From positions 22,907 through 86,906 of the forward strand of contig JALHDC010000004.1 of the NCBI GenBank assembly GCA_022840695.1: a DNA stretch of 64,000 nucleotides. Reading direction: 5' to 3'. A program made the position numbers and the translations under genes. The DNA is from a bacterium (lineage in GTDB: Bacteria > Patescibacteriota > Dojkabacteria > SC72). Each line of letters starts with the position of its first letter. Within the stretch, counting starts at the first letter, position 1. The notes beneath the pieces were generated by a model. It ran no database searches and had not been told where the DNA came from. It saw only the letters and a list, made by a program, of their open reading frames with translations. Positions 20,558-28,458 of the stretch are shown here, in pieces.

Positions 20558-21397
20558 ATGAATAAAAAATCTAAATATATCATTTATATAGTAATAGCTA
20601 TTGTTTTAATTCTCTTAGTATTTCTTCTTGTTAAAAATCTCTCTAAAGATTCTTTAGATGAAAAGGATAGTGGTAGTAATAATGTCTCTACACAAGACTC
20701 TGCTCTTAATTTCTTATTAGATGGTTATCCAATAGATGAGGTACCACTATATAAGTTAAGCAAGATAAGTTCTTGTAAGCTATATAATAATTGGGATCCA
20801 AATAATCGTTCAATATTTGGTGATACACAATTTAGTTACTACAATGTAGTTATATATACAGATGCTTCTCAATCTGAATTTTTAGATTATTACAAAAATT
20901 TCTTTGATGAAGAAATAGTAGATGATTATCCTATGCCAGATATGGTACAAGGGTATGTAGGTAAATATAGGGTAACAGCAGCACATTATGATTATGATAA
21001 TACAGCATATATACAGGTGTACTTCCCTGATAATGAAGTTACTAAGGAAAATATATACTTTGATACATTTCCTAATCTTTTCCAAGAGGATAGTATGTTT
21101 GTAGAGCATGAGAATTCATATGGACTACTCAATCAGGTAGGGGGACAAACAGAATATACAAAATACTATACAGTTCTAGATAGTGGGGACAAGGATAATG
21201 ATGGTAATGATGATGTAGACGAATTTGGAGTATTAATATCAAAATATCAAGGTTTGTATAGTGGTAAAGAGGAGTACGAATTTGATAGTAGTACAGGTCG
21301 TATGACTTGGGTAGAAGATGGATATGATGTAGTAGCTAGTTTTACAAGGGATCATGGGAGGATATATTTGAATATGAGAGGAAAGATGGAGAAATAG
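20558..21397 (+). CDS. membrane-anchored hypothetical protein with a Ca-binding-like loop
   Basis: N-terminal TM; DKDNDGNDDVDE (DxDxDG). Confidence 0.7.
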   Translation: MNKKSKYIIYIVIAIVLILLVFLLVKNLSKDSLDEKDSGSNNVSTQDSALNFLLDGYPIDEVPLYKLSKISSCKLYNNWDPNNRSIFGDTQFSYYNVVIYTDASQSEFLDYYKNFFDEEIVDDYPMPDMVQGYVGKYRVTAAHYDYDNTAYIQVYFPDNEVTKENIYFDTFPNLFQEDSMFVEHENSYGLLNQVGGQTEYTKYYTVLDSGDKDNDGNDDVDEFGVLISKYQGLYSGKEEYEFDSSTGRMTWVEDGYDVVASFTRDHGRIYLNMRGKMEK

Positions 21398-21406
21398 AAA
21401 TATCTT

Positions 21407-21580
21407 CTATTTAAGATATTTCTCAACCTTATTATACTGACCCTTGGTTAGGAATATTCTATGTACATCCTTATTCTTAGTTTCTCCTGTTAGGGTAGCA
21501 GTATTAGATATCCCCCAATTTACTATCTTCATAGAAGATGTATTAAGGTCTATGTAGTAATATTTCCCTTCTTTATTCAT
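21407..21580 (-). CDS. 57-aa small protein (not in ORF track)
   Basis: MNKEGKYYYIDLNTSSMKIVNWGISNTATLTGETKNKDVHRIFLTKGQYNKVEKYLK; starts 7 nt after the upstream stop and fills the gap. Confidence 0.7.
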   Translation of the reverse strand: MNKEGKYYYIDLNTSSMKIVNWGISNTATLTGETKNKDVHRIFLTKGQYNKVEKYLK

Positions 21581-21587
21581 AGTTATT

Positions 21588-22313
21588 TTAGAAATATTTT
21601 AATAACTCAAAAGATCTAACATTAATTTGATTCTGAAGTTCATCCTTTACTTCATCGAAGACAAATATGTCCTCATAGTATATTAACTGATCTTCTACTA
21701 TATTCTCGAAACGATATGATACTTCTTGTGAGCCACTCTTTTCCTGGATAACTTTAGAGATTTCTCCTGTTTCTAAATCCAAGGTACTTATTCCTTGTAC
21801 CAATTCAATATATTTACCAACACTCCCACAATCATTGTAAAATAGATATCTACTATTCAGTATGTATGCTTTTCCTGTGGTACATATTTTATATCTTTCA
21901 CTATTACTATTATTAAATATAGTTGTTCCTCTTTCATTTCCAGTTCCAGAAGATATTCTTAAATATTTAATATCCTCATCTGTATTGCTGTTGGGAATAA
22001 TCTCTGGAATGTCTAAGCCACCTCCGAATACATAATTATCCAAAAGAAGATTTTCTATGTATGGACTTATAGATATTTTTAAATCTACTGTACAGCCATC
22101 AGAGCTTTTACAAAAAGCATCCTCTACCTCTAATTCTCCTTTATCTATTTTAATTAGTTCTACAGTAGTTTGATTATTGAATATGTAACTCTTATTTATA
22201 TTCTCATCTTCAACCGTTTGATTAAGTAAATTAATCTTAGAAAGGAAGAAAGAAAATATTCCAATTAGGAATATAATGATCACTAAGTGTATCGCTAGCA
22301 ATTTTTTACTCAT
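21588..22313 (-). CDS. membrane-anchored hypothetical protein
   Basis: N-terminal TM; overlaps the DUF3795 stop. Confidence 0.7.
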   Translation of the reverse strand: MSKKLLAIHLVIIIFLIGIFSFFLSKINLLNQTVEDENINKSYIFNNQTTVELIKIDKGELEVEDAFCKSSDGCTVDLKISISPYIENLLLDNYVFGGGLDIPEIIPNSNTDEDIKYLRISSGTGNERGTTIFNNSNSERYKICTTGKAYILNSRYLFYNDCGSVGKYIELVQGISTLDLETGEISKVIQEKSGSQEVSYRFENIVEDQLIYYEDIFVFDEVKDELQNQINVRSFELLKYF

Positions 22314-22722
22314 TCTCTTTGTTTTTACAATTTAAACAGTATCCCCTATGTACACATATCAATCCATTACATGTATTACATTTCCATTTAATATCTTCTT
22401 TCTTAATAAATTCCTTAATACCATTCTCCTTTATATATTCCTGATTCTCTAACATACTCATACCATATTTAGTTCTATATCTCTTATCCAATTGTTTTAA
22501 TCTAGTACATGGATATTTACTACATTCATAGCAGAATCCTGATTTAGTATCTTTGAGTAGTTTACAGTTCTTTATAACACAGTTAGCACTTCCCTTTGTT
22601 TTATATTTAATATTCTTTTCATTCCTACACCCATTACAATGATTCTTCTCTCTTTGATATCCTAAACAAAGAGAACAATTCATACCACAAGCAGCAATTA
22701 ATGATTTCTCTGTTCTTTTCAT
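22306..22722 (-). CDS. DUF3795 Cys-rich protein
   Basis: IAACGMNCSLC...C.GC...FCYECSKYPC...WKC..C. Confidence 0.88.
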   Translation of the reverse strand: MKRTEKSLIAACGMNCSLCLGYQREKNHCNGCRNEKNIKYKTKGSANCVIKNCKLLKDTKSGFCYECSKYPCTRLKQLDKRYRTKYGMSMLENQEYIKENGIKEFIKKEDIKWKCNTCNGLICVHRGYCLNCKNKENE

Positions 22723-22841
22723 TAGAGAATGATAGCATATTGTATGACTGTTGTATCGTTATGTGACTCCTACTTTCCATTCCTATATCTATTCGCAATA
22801 GAGTCTTTGAATTAACTATAGAATTCATATAATATTAATAT

Positions 22842-23849
22842 ATGAAAAAGTTTGTAAAGGAGATTCTTGAAAGTATTATCGTACTCCTCCTTCTTTCTGG
22901 TCTTTTGCTTCTAGGATATGTATATAATCCTAAAAAGGTTCTTAGAATTAAGGAAAATTTAGATAACAGCTCTCCCGAAGAGTATTCCTCTATGAGTTTA
23001 GAAAGGCAGAATCTACTTTCGGAATTTGATGATTTTATCTTAGAATCTTCTACCAAAGAAGCCAAGAAATTAATACAGTTAATCTACTCTAATCCATACA
23101 AACTCAATAGATTAGTTTTGAATGATATAAAAAAAGAGGTTGAAGGGTATAGTGGAGAATTACTAGAGATTTGGTATGTATATAATATGGGTGTAGTAGC
23201 AAAGCACAAAGAAGATGTCATCTGCTTTGATCTGTCTACAGTAATAGCCTCCTCTAATTTATTGAAATTGTCAGATGTTTGTAATTATCTATTTATCTCT
23301 CATGGGGATGGGGATCATTTTAGTTCAAGAGTAGCAAAAAGAATTTTAGAAAATAATGGGAAAATTATTATTCAAGATGATACTGGGATATTTGAGGAGA
23401 GTATAAAAGCATTAGTATCGGAAGATTATTGGGAGAATATATACAACTTAGATAGTGGGAAGGAGTACAGTATTGGAAATATAAATGTTTTAGGTATTAA
23501 AACAATGCATAGGATGCAAGAGGAAAAGGATAATGCATGGTTAAGTGTGAAAGTAGGCAAATATAATATTGTTCATACAGGGGATGGTGTTTTGGATAGT
23601 CATTCTGATGTCAATCTTTTGGGTAATGTGGATGTTTTGCTTGCCAATTCAATCGTAGTACCGCTTAGTCTAAAAGATCTAAATGCAAAATATATAATCC
23701 CGTTACATATGCATGAATTGGGTCATGATAGGGAGTTTTTAAAAGAAAATTCCTTTAGCTCATATCTTGAAAAATTAAATGGTTTTGAAGAGAGTATCGG
23801 ATCAAAGATATATCCTCTTGTATGGGGAGAGAGTATAGAGGTAGTATGA
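22842..23849 (+). CDS. membrane-anchored MBL-fold metallo-hydrolase
   Basis: SHGDGDH, HTGD, IIPLH; N-terminal TM. Confidence 0.82.
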   Translation: MKKFVKEILESIIVLLLLSGLLLLGYVYNPKKVLRIKENLDNSSPEEYSSMSLERQNLLSEFDDFILESSTKEAKKLIQLIYSNPYKLNRLVLNDIKKEVEGYSGELLEIWYVYNMGVVAKHKEDVICFDLSTVIASSNLLKLSDVCNYLFISHGDGDHFSSRVAKRILENNGKIIIQDDTGIFEESIKALVSEDYWENIYNLDSGKEYSIGNINVLGIKTMHRMQEEKDNAWLSVKVGKYNIVHTGDGVLDSHSDVNLLGNVDVLLANSIVVPLSLKDLNAKYIIPLHMHELGHDREFLKENSFSSYLEKLNGFEESIGSKIYPLVWGESIEVV

Positions 23850-23945
23850 TACGAAAACTTGGTAGAATTCTACCTTCAGTTTCAAAAGCGATATCTTTTC
23901 TTAATGAACTCTGATAAATTCTGATAGTCTGTGCTATCATAAAGC

Positions 23946-24368
23946 ATGACAAATAAATATTTAAAAAATATATTTGTTTTTGAATGTATCATCTACATAT
24001 TGATTATCCTATTACTATTTACGGAATTAAATGAAATATTTCCAATATCTCCAGTATGGCTTTTTCTTCTATTTAGTCCTTTGGGCCTTATACAATTTTT
24101 TCTTACTAAAAAGCATGTAAAAAATAGAAAGTTGAGAATACAGTTAATGGCAAATGGATTGTCTTCTTTCTTGGTAATGATTTTTGCTGTATTGCACAAT
24201 TTGTTTTATGCTCTCTCAGAATTGATCGGGAAGAGTATATCTTCGAGCATTTTTGTTTTTTTAGAAGGAACTTCCTTTGTAATGGCTTTAGTTCTTTGTC
24301 CAATTGTATTCTTAGTGACTGCTATATTTTCAATTATCTCTTATTCTAAAGCAAAAAATAGAGAATAA
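23946..24368 (+). CDS. 4-TM membrane protein
   Basis: Hydrophobic segments, LHNLFYAL motif. Confidence 0.7.
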   Translation: MTNKYLKNIFVFECIIYILIILLLFTELNEIFPISPVWLFLLFSPLGLIQFFLTKKHVKNRKLRIQLMANGLSSFLVMIFAVLHNLFYALSELIGKSISSSIFVFLEGTSFVMALVLCPIVFLVTAIFSIISYSKAKNRE

Positions 24369-24448
24369 TATTATTTATTAGTATTCCAATAAAATTATAA
24401 AAACATCAAGAAGTAAGGTCCTGTGTCCAATTTTTGATATAATAAAGT

Positions 24449-25192
24449 ATGGAAATAATGGTACCACAAATATCACAGGGTGCAATATATGAGTATAATC
24501 ATCATATTCAATCCCAAAAAGAGGAAGGATATGGTAAGCAATATAGCTTTGAAAAACTGGGAATAGAGGATTGGACTGTAGTTGAAATGGATTCTGACGA
24601 TGTTTTGAGATTACAAACATTTGTTGAGTCTTCTCAAACAGTAGCTCCTGCATATATCTTTTGGAAGGAATGTGGAAGGCATGTAACTTTAGAAAGTGTC
24701 GCAAGAGAAGTTATTGAAAGAGAAGAAAATATTCCTGAAGAAGCAAAAATATGGATACAAGGTATACTTGAGTCTAATTTTGATAAACAGGAAGTTGAAG
24801 AAAAAATAAAAAGTGGTGAGATAGATCCCCCATTAATCTTTTTTTCTGTGTTTAAAGGTGAGGAATTAGAGAATGGGTTATTAAAAGTTGGGAATATTTT
24901 AGATGGTAATCATAGATTTCAAAGAATTGCTAGGTACTTGTTGGAATGTAGTGATGAAGAAAGAGAAAATTTTAGGTTAACATGTTTTTTAGGAAAGGTA
25001 GATGTTATGAAATATGCAACTATAAATGCACAGTATTTTGTTAAACCAACTATTAAGAGAGTTAAAAACTTCTTAGAAAGATTTATGGGTAAAGAGGTGG
25101 AGAAGATAGATGAGAAACATTTTATGACTTTCTTTGAAAGATGGTATTTGTTATTACAAAGGATTGGATATTATAAAGAGGGAAGAGAATAG
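24449..25192 (+). CDS. hypothetical protein with ParB/Srx-like motif
   Basis: DPPLIF...ILDGNHRF. Confidence 0.55.
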   Translation: MEIMVPQISQGAIYEYNHHIQSQKEEGYGKQYSFEKLGIEDWTVVEMDSDDVLRLQTFVESSQTVAPAYIFWKECGRHVTLESVAREVIEREENIPEEAKIWIQGILESNFDKQEVEEKIKSGEIDPPLIFFSVFKGEELENGLLKVGNILDGNHRFQRIARYLLECSDEERENFRLTCFLGKVDVMKYATINAQYFVKPTIKRVKNFLERFMGKEVEKIDEKHFMTFFERWYLLLQRIGYYKEGRE

Positions 25193-25388
25193 GTTTGTTA
25201 AAATTAATAACTTGTGTATTGTAGAATAGATTTCATATATTTTTTCCTAACATTGTGTGAGAATTTAAATATGGTGAAATGCAAGTGTTCAAAAACTAGA
25301 ATTAACTAGAGAAAAGCATGTGGAGATATTTGTATTTCCGAGAAATTGACTGTGAAACTATCTCTATGGTATACTCATTGGCATCTAA

Positions 25389-26012
25389 TCTGTTAGTACC
25401 TATCCGCCATTTAAGCAAAATAGTTTTGAGATTTTTACTGTTCAGGATCTTCCTTATTATCAGCAATCATATCTCCCATGGGTTGAAGGTGATTTATCAA
25501 ATATCTCTAATCCAAGGTCTACAATTCTACAAATCGCTAGTAATTATGTAGATTCTCCATCTGCTAAATATTCGTCACCCAGCGAAGGTCTTGATCCCAT
25601 TACTGGTTTCGATTGTAGTGGCTTTGTTCTTACTGTTTTAAATGAGACAAAAGAAATCTTTCCCAATCTTGTTGTCCCAAATGGGATAAGGAATGCAAAC
25701 GAGATTTTTGATAAATTAGGATGTATCATTGATCAAGAATTTGCCTTGCCCGGAGATCTGGTATTTTATACAAGATCAGGAAAAACCCCTTCCCATGTGG
25801 CAATATTTTGTGGGTATACAAAAGAGGGTGAAAGGGTAGAGATAGGCTCTGAGGGCATTTATGGTGGAAGAGTTAAAGTAAGGAAGATTATCGATAAAAA
25901 AATATTAAAACACCAGAATTCGCATACCATTTATAACTCAACCTTGATAGGTTATAAGCGGCTAGTTTATAATGTAAAAAATAATAATCGTTGGCCGACA
26001 AGGATGATCTAA
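25389..26012 (+). CDS. NlpC/P60 (C40) peptidase; open frame lacks a canonical start upstream of the catalytic Cys (possible pseudogene)
   Basis: Frame open from 25389: ...RSTILQIASNY...GFDCSGFV...LPGDLVFY...SHVAI; no ATG/GTG/TTG until 25746. Confidence 0.75.
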   Translation, partial: SVSTYPPFKQNSFEIFTVQDLPYYQQSYLPWVEGDLSNISNPRSTILQIASNYVDSPSAKYSSPSEGLDPITGFDCSGFVLTVLNETKEIFPNLVVPNGIRNANEIFDKLGCIIDQEFALPGDLVFYTRSGKTPSHVAIFCGYTKEGERVEIGSEGIYGGRVKVRKIIDKKILKHQNSHTIYNSTLIGYKRLVYNVKNNNRWPTRMI

Positions 26013-26041
26013 TCATTTCTCTTTGATATATATTCACTTAG

Positions 26042-26152
26042 ACTTACTTTTTGAGATCCAAATAATCTAGCTTCTACAGACATTTTTGAGCATGGTTTAA
26101 TGGATCTTGTAGCAACCAAGGGAATATAGTGGGGCATATATTAACCTAGAAT
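26042..26152 (-). repeat. decayed att-like unit E (partial arm + tRNA 3'-end remnant)
   Basis: TTTTT..CCAAATAA..GGATCTTGTAGCAACCAAGGGAATA aligns with 34441-34530, 30379-30402 and 31869-31893. Confidence 0.6.
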
Positions 26153-26203
26153 ATAAAATTAGAGTGAGACAAAAAAACAGTATAAGGAGGGAAGGTTATG
26201 TTT

Positions 26204-27430
26204 TTATTTTAATACCTTAAGTATTTCTCTCCCAATGTTCTGACTAAATCCAGAATATGCCTTTTTCCCAACAAAAATAATAGGGTAATAACCATAATCC
26301 TCTGAAATACCCTCACTCTTTGAAATATTCCCCTTGTAAGCATTAAGCTGTGTACCGAAATCAGTATCAGTAGTTAAATGCTCCTCATACTCAATACCAT
26401 TCTCCTGAAAGAAGTCCTCCATCTCAACACACATAGGGCCAGTACCATTATGGAAAACTACAATACCATTGTTGCTACTCTCAACAATTCCCGAATCCCC
26501 CTCATTAAGATCTTCTACCTTGCATGGATTAGTCACATTCTCCTCCTCTTCATATGATATTGCAGGCCTAATCTTCTCTGGAGTATATGGGGCATTCTTG
26601 TTTACAGGTATCTGCCACATTGGCATAACCTTGTCTATACTTCCTAATGTATCTAAATCTACCCAATTCACCTCATAGCTATCCCAGAACCTATGCCACA
26701 TATCATTCCATCTCTCTTTGTACCCACCAATATATGTATGGGATACAGCCATGAACTTCTCATTTTGTATAGCTCTCTTGTACTGTGTCTCCATATCTCC
26801 TGTAGAGCCATTTCTTTCATAGAAGCTGTAATCACAGAAACTACCATATTTAAATTCTGGTACATCAATATTTGATACCGATATAATCTTCACATCATAT
26901 TCCTCTGGTTTGTATACTGTTGTAGCTAACTCTGTTGTCCCCCTTGCAGTAATATATTCAATACCCAATGCTTGTGCAACCTTAACTGTATTCTCATCTG
27001 ATGCCATGTACCTAGAACTAATTACTCTTGGAGTAACACCAAGATATGTTTGTGCATTTTCAATCATCTCAGAGATAATCTCATACTGCCTGTCATATGA
27101 CATACCCCAGAATGGCTCTGGATCATATGATGGTGCAAGTTCTACAACTCCTGATTTTAGAATCTCTTTTAGAACATCTGCATGCTTCTCTATGAAGCTA
27201 CCACTTACCATTAACAATCCTTTAACATCTCTCTCTTTCATATCATTTACCATATTTACCAATCCATCAGTATTTTGGAACTCAATGAGTAGCATCATGG
27301 CTTGTGGAGTAAGGGATTCTTTTTTAGGTGTATCTTTACAGACATATCGGTTAATGAGGAAATATTCTCCCACTAGAAGGAGTAGTATCCCAACTACTAA
27401 GGCTGGGATTAAGAGCAATTTTTTGTTCAT
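26204..27430 (-). CDS. membrane-anchored polysaccharide-deacetylase-like protein with C-terminal glutaredoxin-like domain
   Basis: TM; NodB-like pattern (Q...I......LGVTP..I); VFHNGTGPMC...YYPIIFV...YSGF. Confidence 0.55.
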   Translation of the reverse strand: MNKKLLLIPALVVGILLLLVGEYFLINRYVCKDTPKKESLTPQAMMLLIEFQNTDGLVNMVNDMKERDVKGLLMVSGSFIEKHADVLKEILKSGVVELAPSYDPEPFWGMSYDRQYEIISEMIENAQTYLGVTPRVISSRYMASDENTVKVAQALGIEYITARGTTELATTVYKPEEYDVKIISVSNIDVPEFKYGSFCDYSFYERNGSTGDMETQYKRAIQNEKFMAVSHTYIGGYKERWNDMWHRFWDSYEVNWVDLDTLGSIDKVMPMWQIPVNKNAPYTPEKIRPAISYEEEENVTNPCKVEDLNEGDSGIVESSNNGIVVFHNGTGPMCVEMEDFFQENGIEYEEHLTTDTDFGTQLNAYKGNISKSEGISEDYGYYPIIFVGKKAYSGFSQNIGREILKVLK

Positions 27431-27432
27431 TT

Positions 27433-27747
27433 TTAAATAGATAATAATTTAAAAAGATTTTTAACAATATTTTTTTTAGATTCTTCTAGATGATACATAA
27501 CATGTTGGCCATTTTTGGTACTTGAGATATACCCCATATCTTGTAATGTTTTGAGATGATGGGAGATGAGGTTATGTTTTAATTCCAGATTTTTAACCAT
27601 CTGGCATACGCAAGTATCTTTTTTGTAAAGGAGGCTGAGGATCTGGATACGGTTAATTACTAATAACTTCTCCAATTCTTTAATATTTTTCACTTCAAGA
27701 TGTTTCAACATATATTGAAATATACCAGTGGAGCATATTTCAGTCAA
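27433..27747 (-). CDS. ArsR/SmtB family transcriptional regulator (alternative ATG at 27711)
   Basis: NRIQILSLL..TCVCQM...ISHHLKTL...G.HVMYHL. Confidence 0.9.
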   Translation of the reverse strand: MTEICSTGIFQYMLKHLEVKNIKELEKLLVINRIQILSLLYKKDTCVCQMVKNLELKHNLISHHLKTLQDMGYISSTKNGQHVMYHLEESKKNIVKNLFKLLSI

Positions 27748-27757
27748 GATTGAAATA

Positions 27758-28039
27758 CTATGGCTCTCTTTTGGTTATGGAGATTGCATATCCATTGATT
27801 AGGGCTTGTGAGATCTTCTGCATTACTGAGGTAAGATCTCTTTGATATTGGCTTTGAGATATGCCCATCATCTTAGCCGCATCTTCTTGATCTATGTGTT
27901 CTATATATCTCAATCTAAGTGTTTCTAACTCTTCGTCAGTTAGATTAACCTCTGTAAGCTCTCTTAGAGGTATTCCTCTTGGTTTGAAGTATGTATCATT
28001 AAATTGTATTCCTAGTCTTCTTCTGAATCGGGGTCTCAT
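27758..28039 (-). CDS. DUF134 family DNA-binding protein
   Basis: MRPR..R, YFKPRGIP, EELETLRL, QEDAAKMMGISQ. Confidence 0.9.
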   Translation of the reverse strand: MRPRFRRRLGIQFNDTYFKPRGIPLRELTEVNLTDEELETLRLRYIEHIDQEDAAKMMGISQSQYQRDLTSVMQKISQALINGYAISITKREP

Positions 28040-28040
28040 A

Positions 28041-28256
28041 CTAGCAATATTCTCCTCTTAGAGGGGTGCCGCATTTAGGGCAAATCTTTTTTGTACATGG
28101 TATTCCTCTTGTGTGTGGTTCTGTATATCCACAGTTAGGGCATTTACATTCCTTTGAGCCTCCAAGTCCTCTTCCTTTTAATCTTGGAAGGAAACCACGC
28201 TTTCTTCCAGTCATAGGGCCTTGTCCTAATGGCCCTGTACGGTCTAAGTTTGGCAT
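28041..28256 (-). CDS. DUF5320-like protein with zinc ribbon
   Basis: MPNLDRTGPLGQGPMTGR; CKCPNCG..PH.RGIPC...CPKCG. Confidence 0.85.
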   Translation of the reverse strand: MPNLDRTGPLGQGPMTGRKRGFLPRLKGRGLGGSKECKCPNCGYTEPHTRGIPCTKKICPKCGTPLRGEYC

Positions 28257-28273
28257 ATTAATATATTAACAAT

Positions 28274-28301
28274 TTAGTTATGGGTATATACCCATAACTA
28301 A
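28274..28301. promoter_or_regulatory. perfect 28-bp palindromic operator upstream of the DUF5320-DUF134-ArsR operon
   Basis: TTAGTTATGGGTAT|ATACCCATAACTAA. Confidence 0.8.
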
Positions 28302-28329
28302 GTATATATCATTTTGAAATGGGGAGTCA

Positions 28330-28390
28330 ATAGTTTGGGATGTGTTAGGAATGAAGTGTTCCGTAATGGGGAGGGTACAGGTCTGGAATC
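28330..28390 (-). repeat. decayed att-like unit D (tRNA 3'-end remnant)
   Basis: ATGGGGAGGGTACAGGTCTGGAATC resembles ATGGCGGGACATACGGGTCTGGAACC at 31893. Confidence 0.5.
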
Positions 28391-28458
28391 ATATTCTCTA
28401 ATTTTGACATCACTAATAACGAGTGATAAACTTATTAATAACTTGTATTTTCTATTAA

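Noticed and set aside
25318-25551. 77-aa ORF as a real gene
   Set aside because: It overlaps the NlpC/P60 frame, which carries the recognisable motifs.
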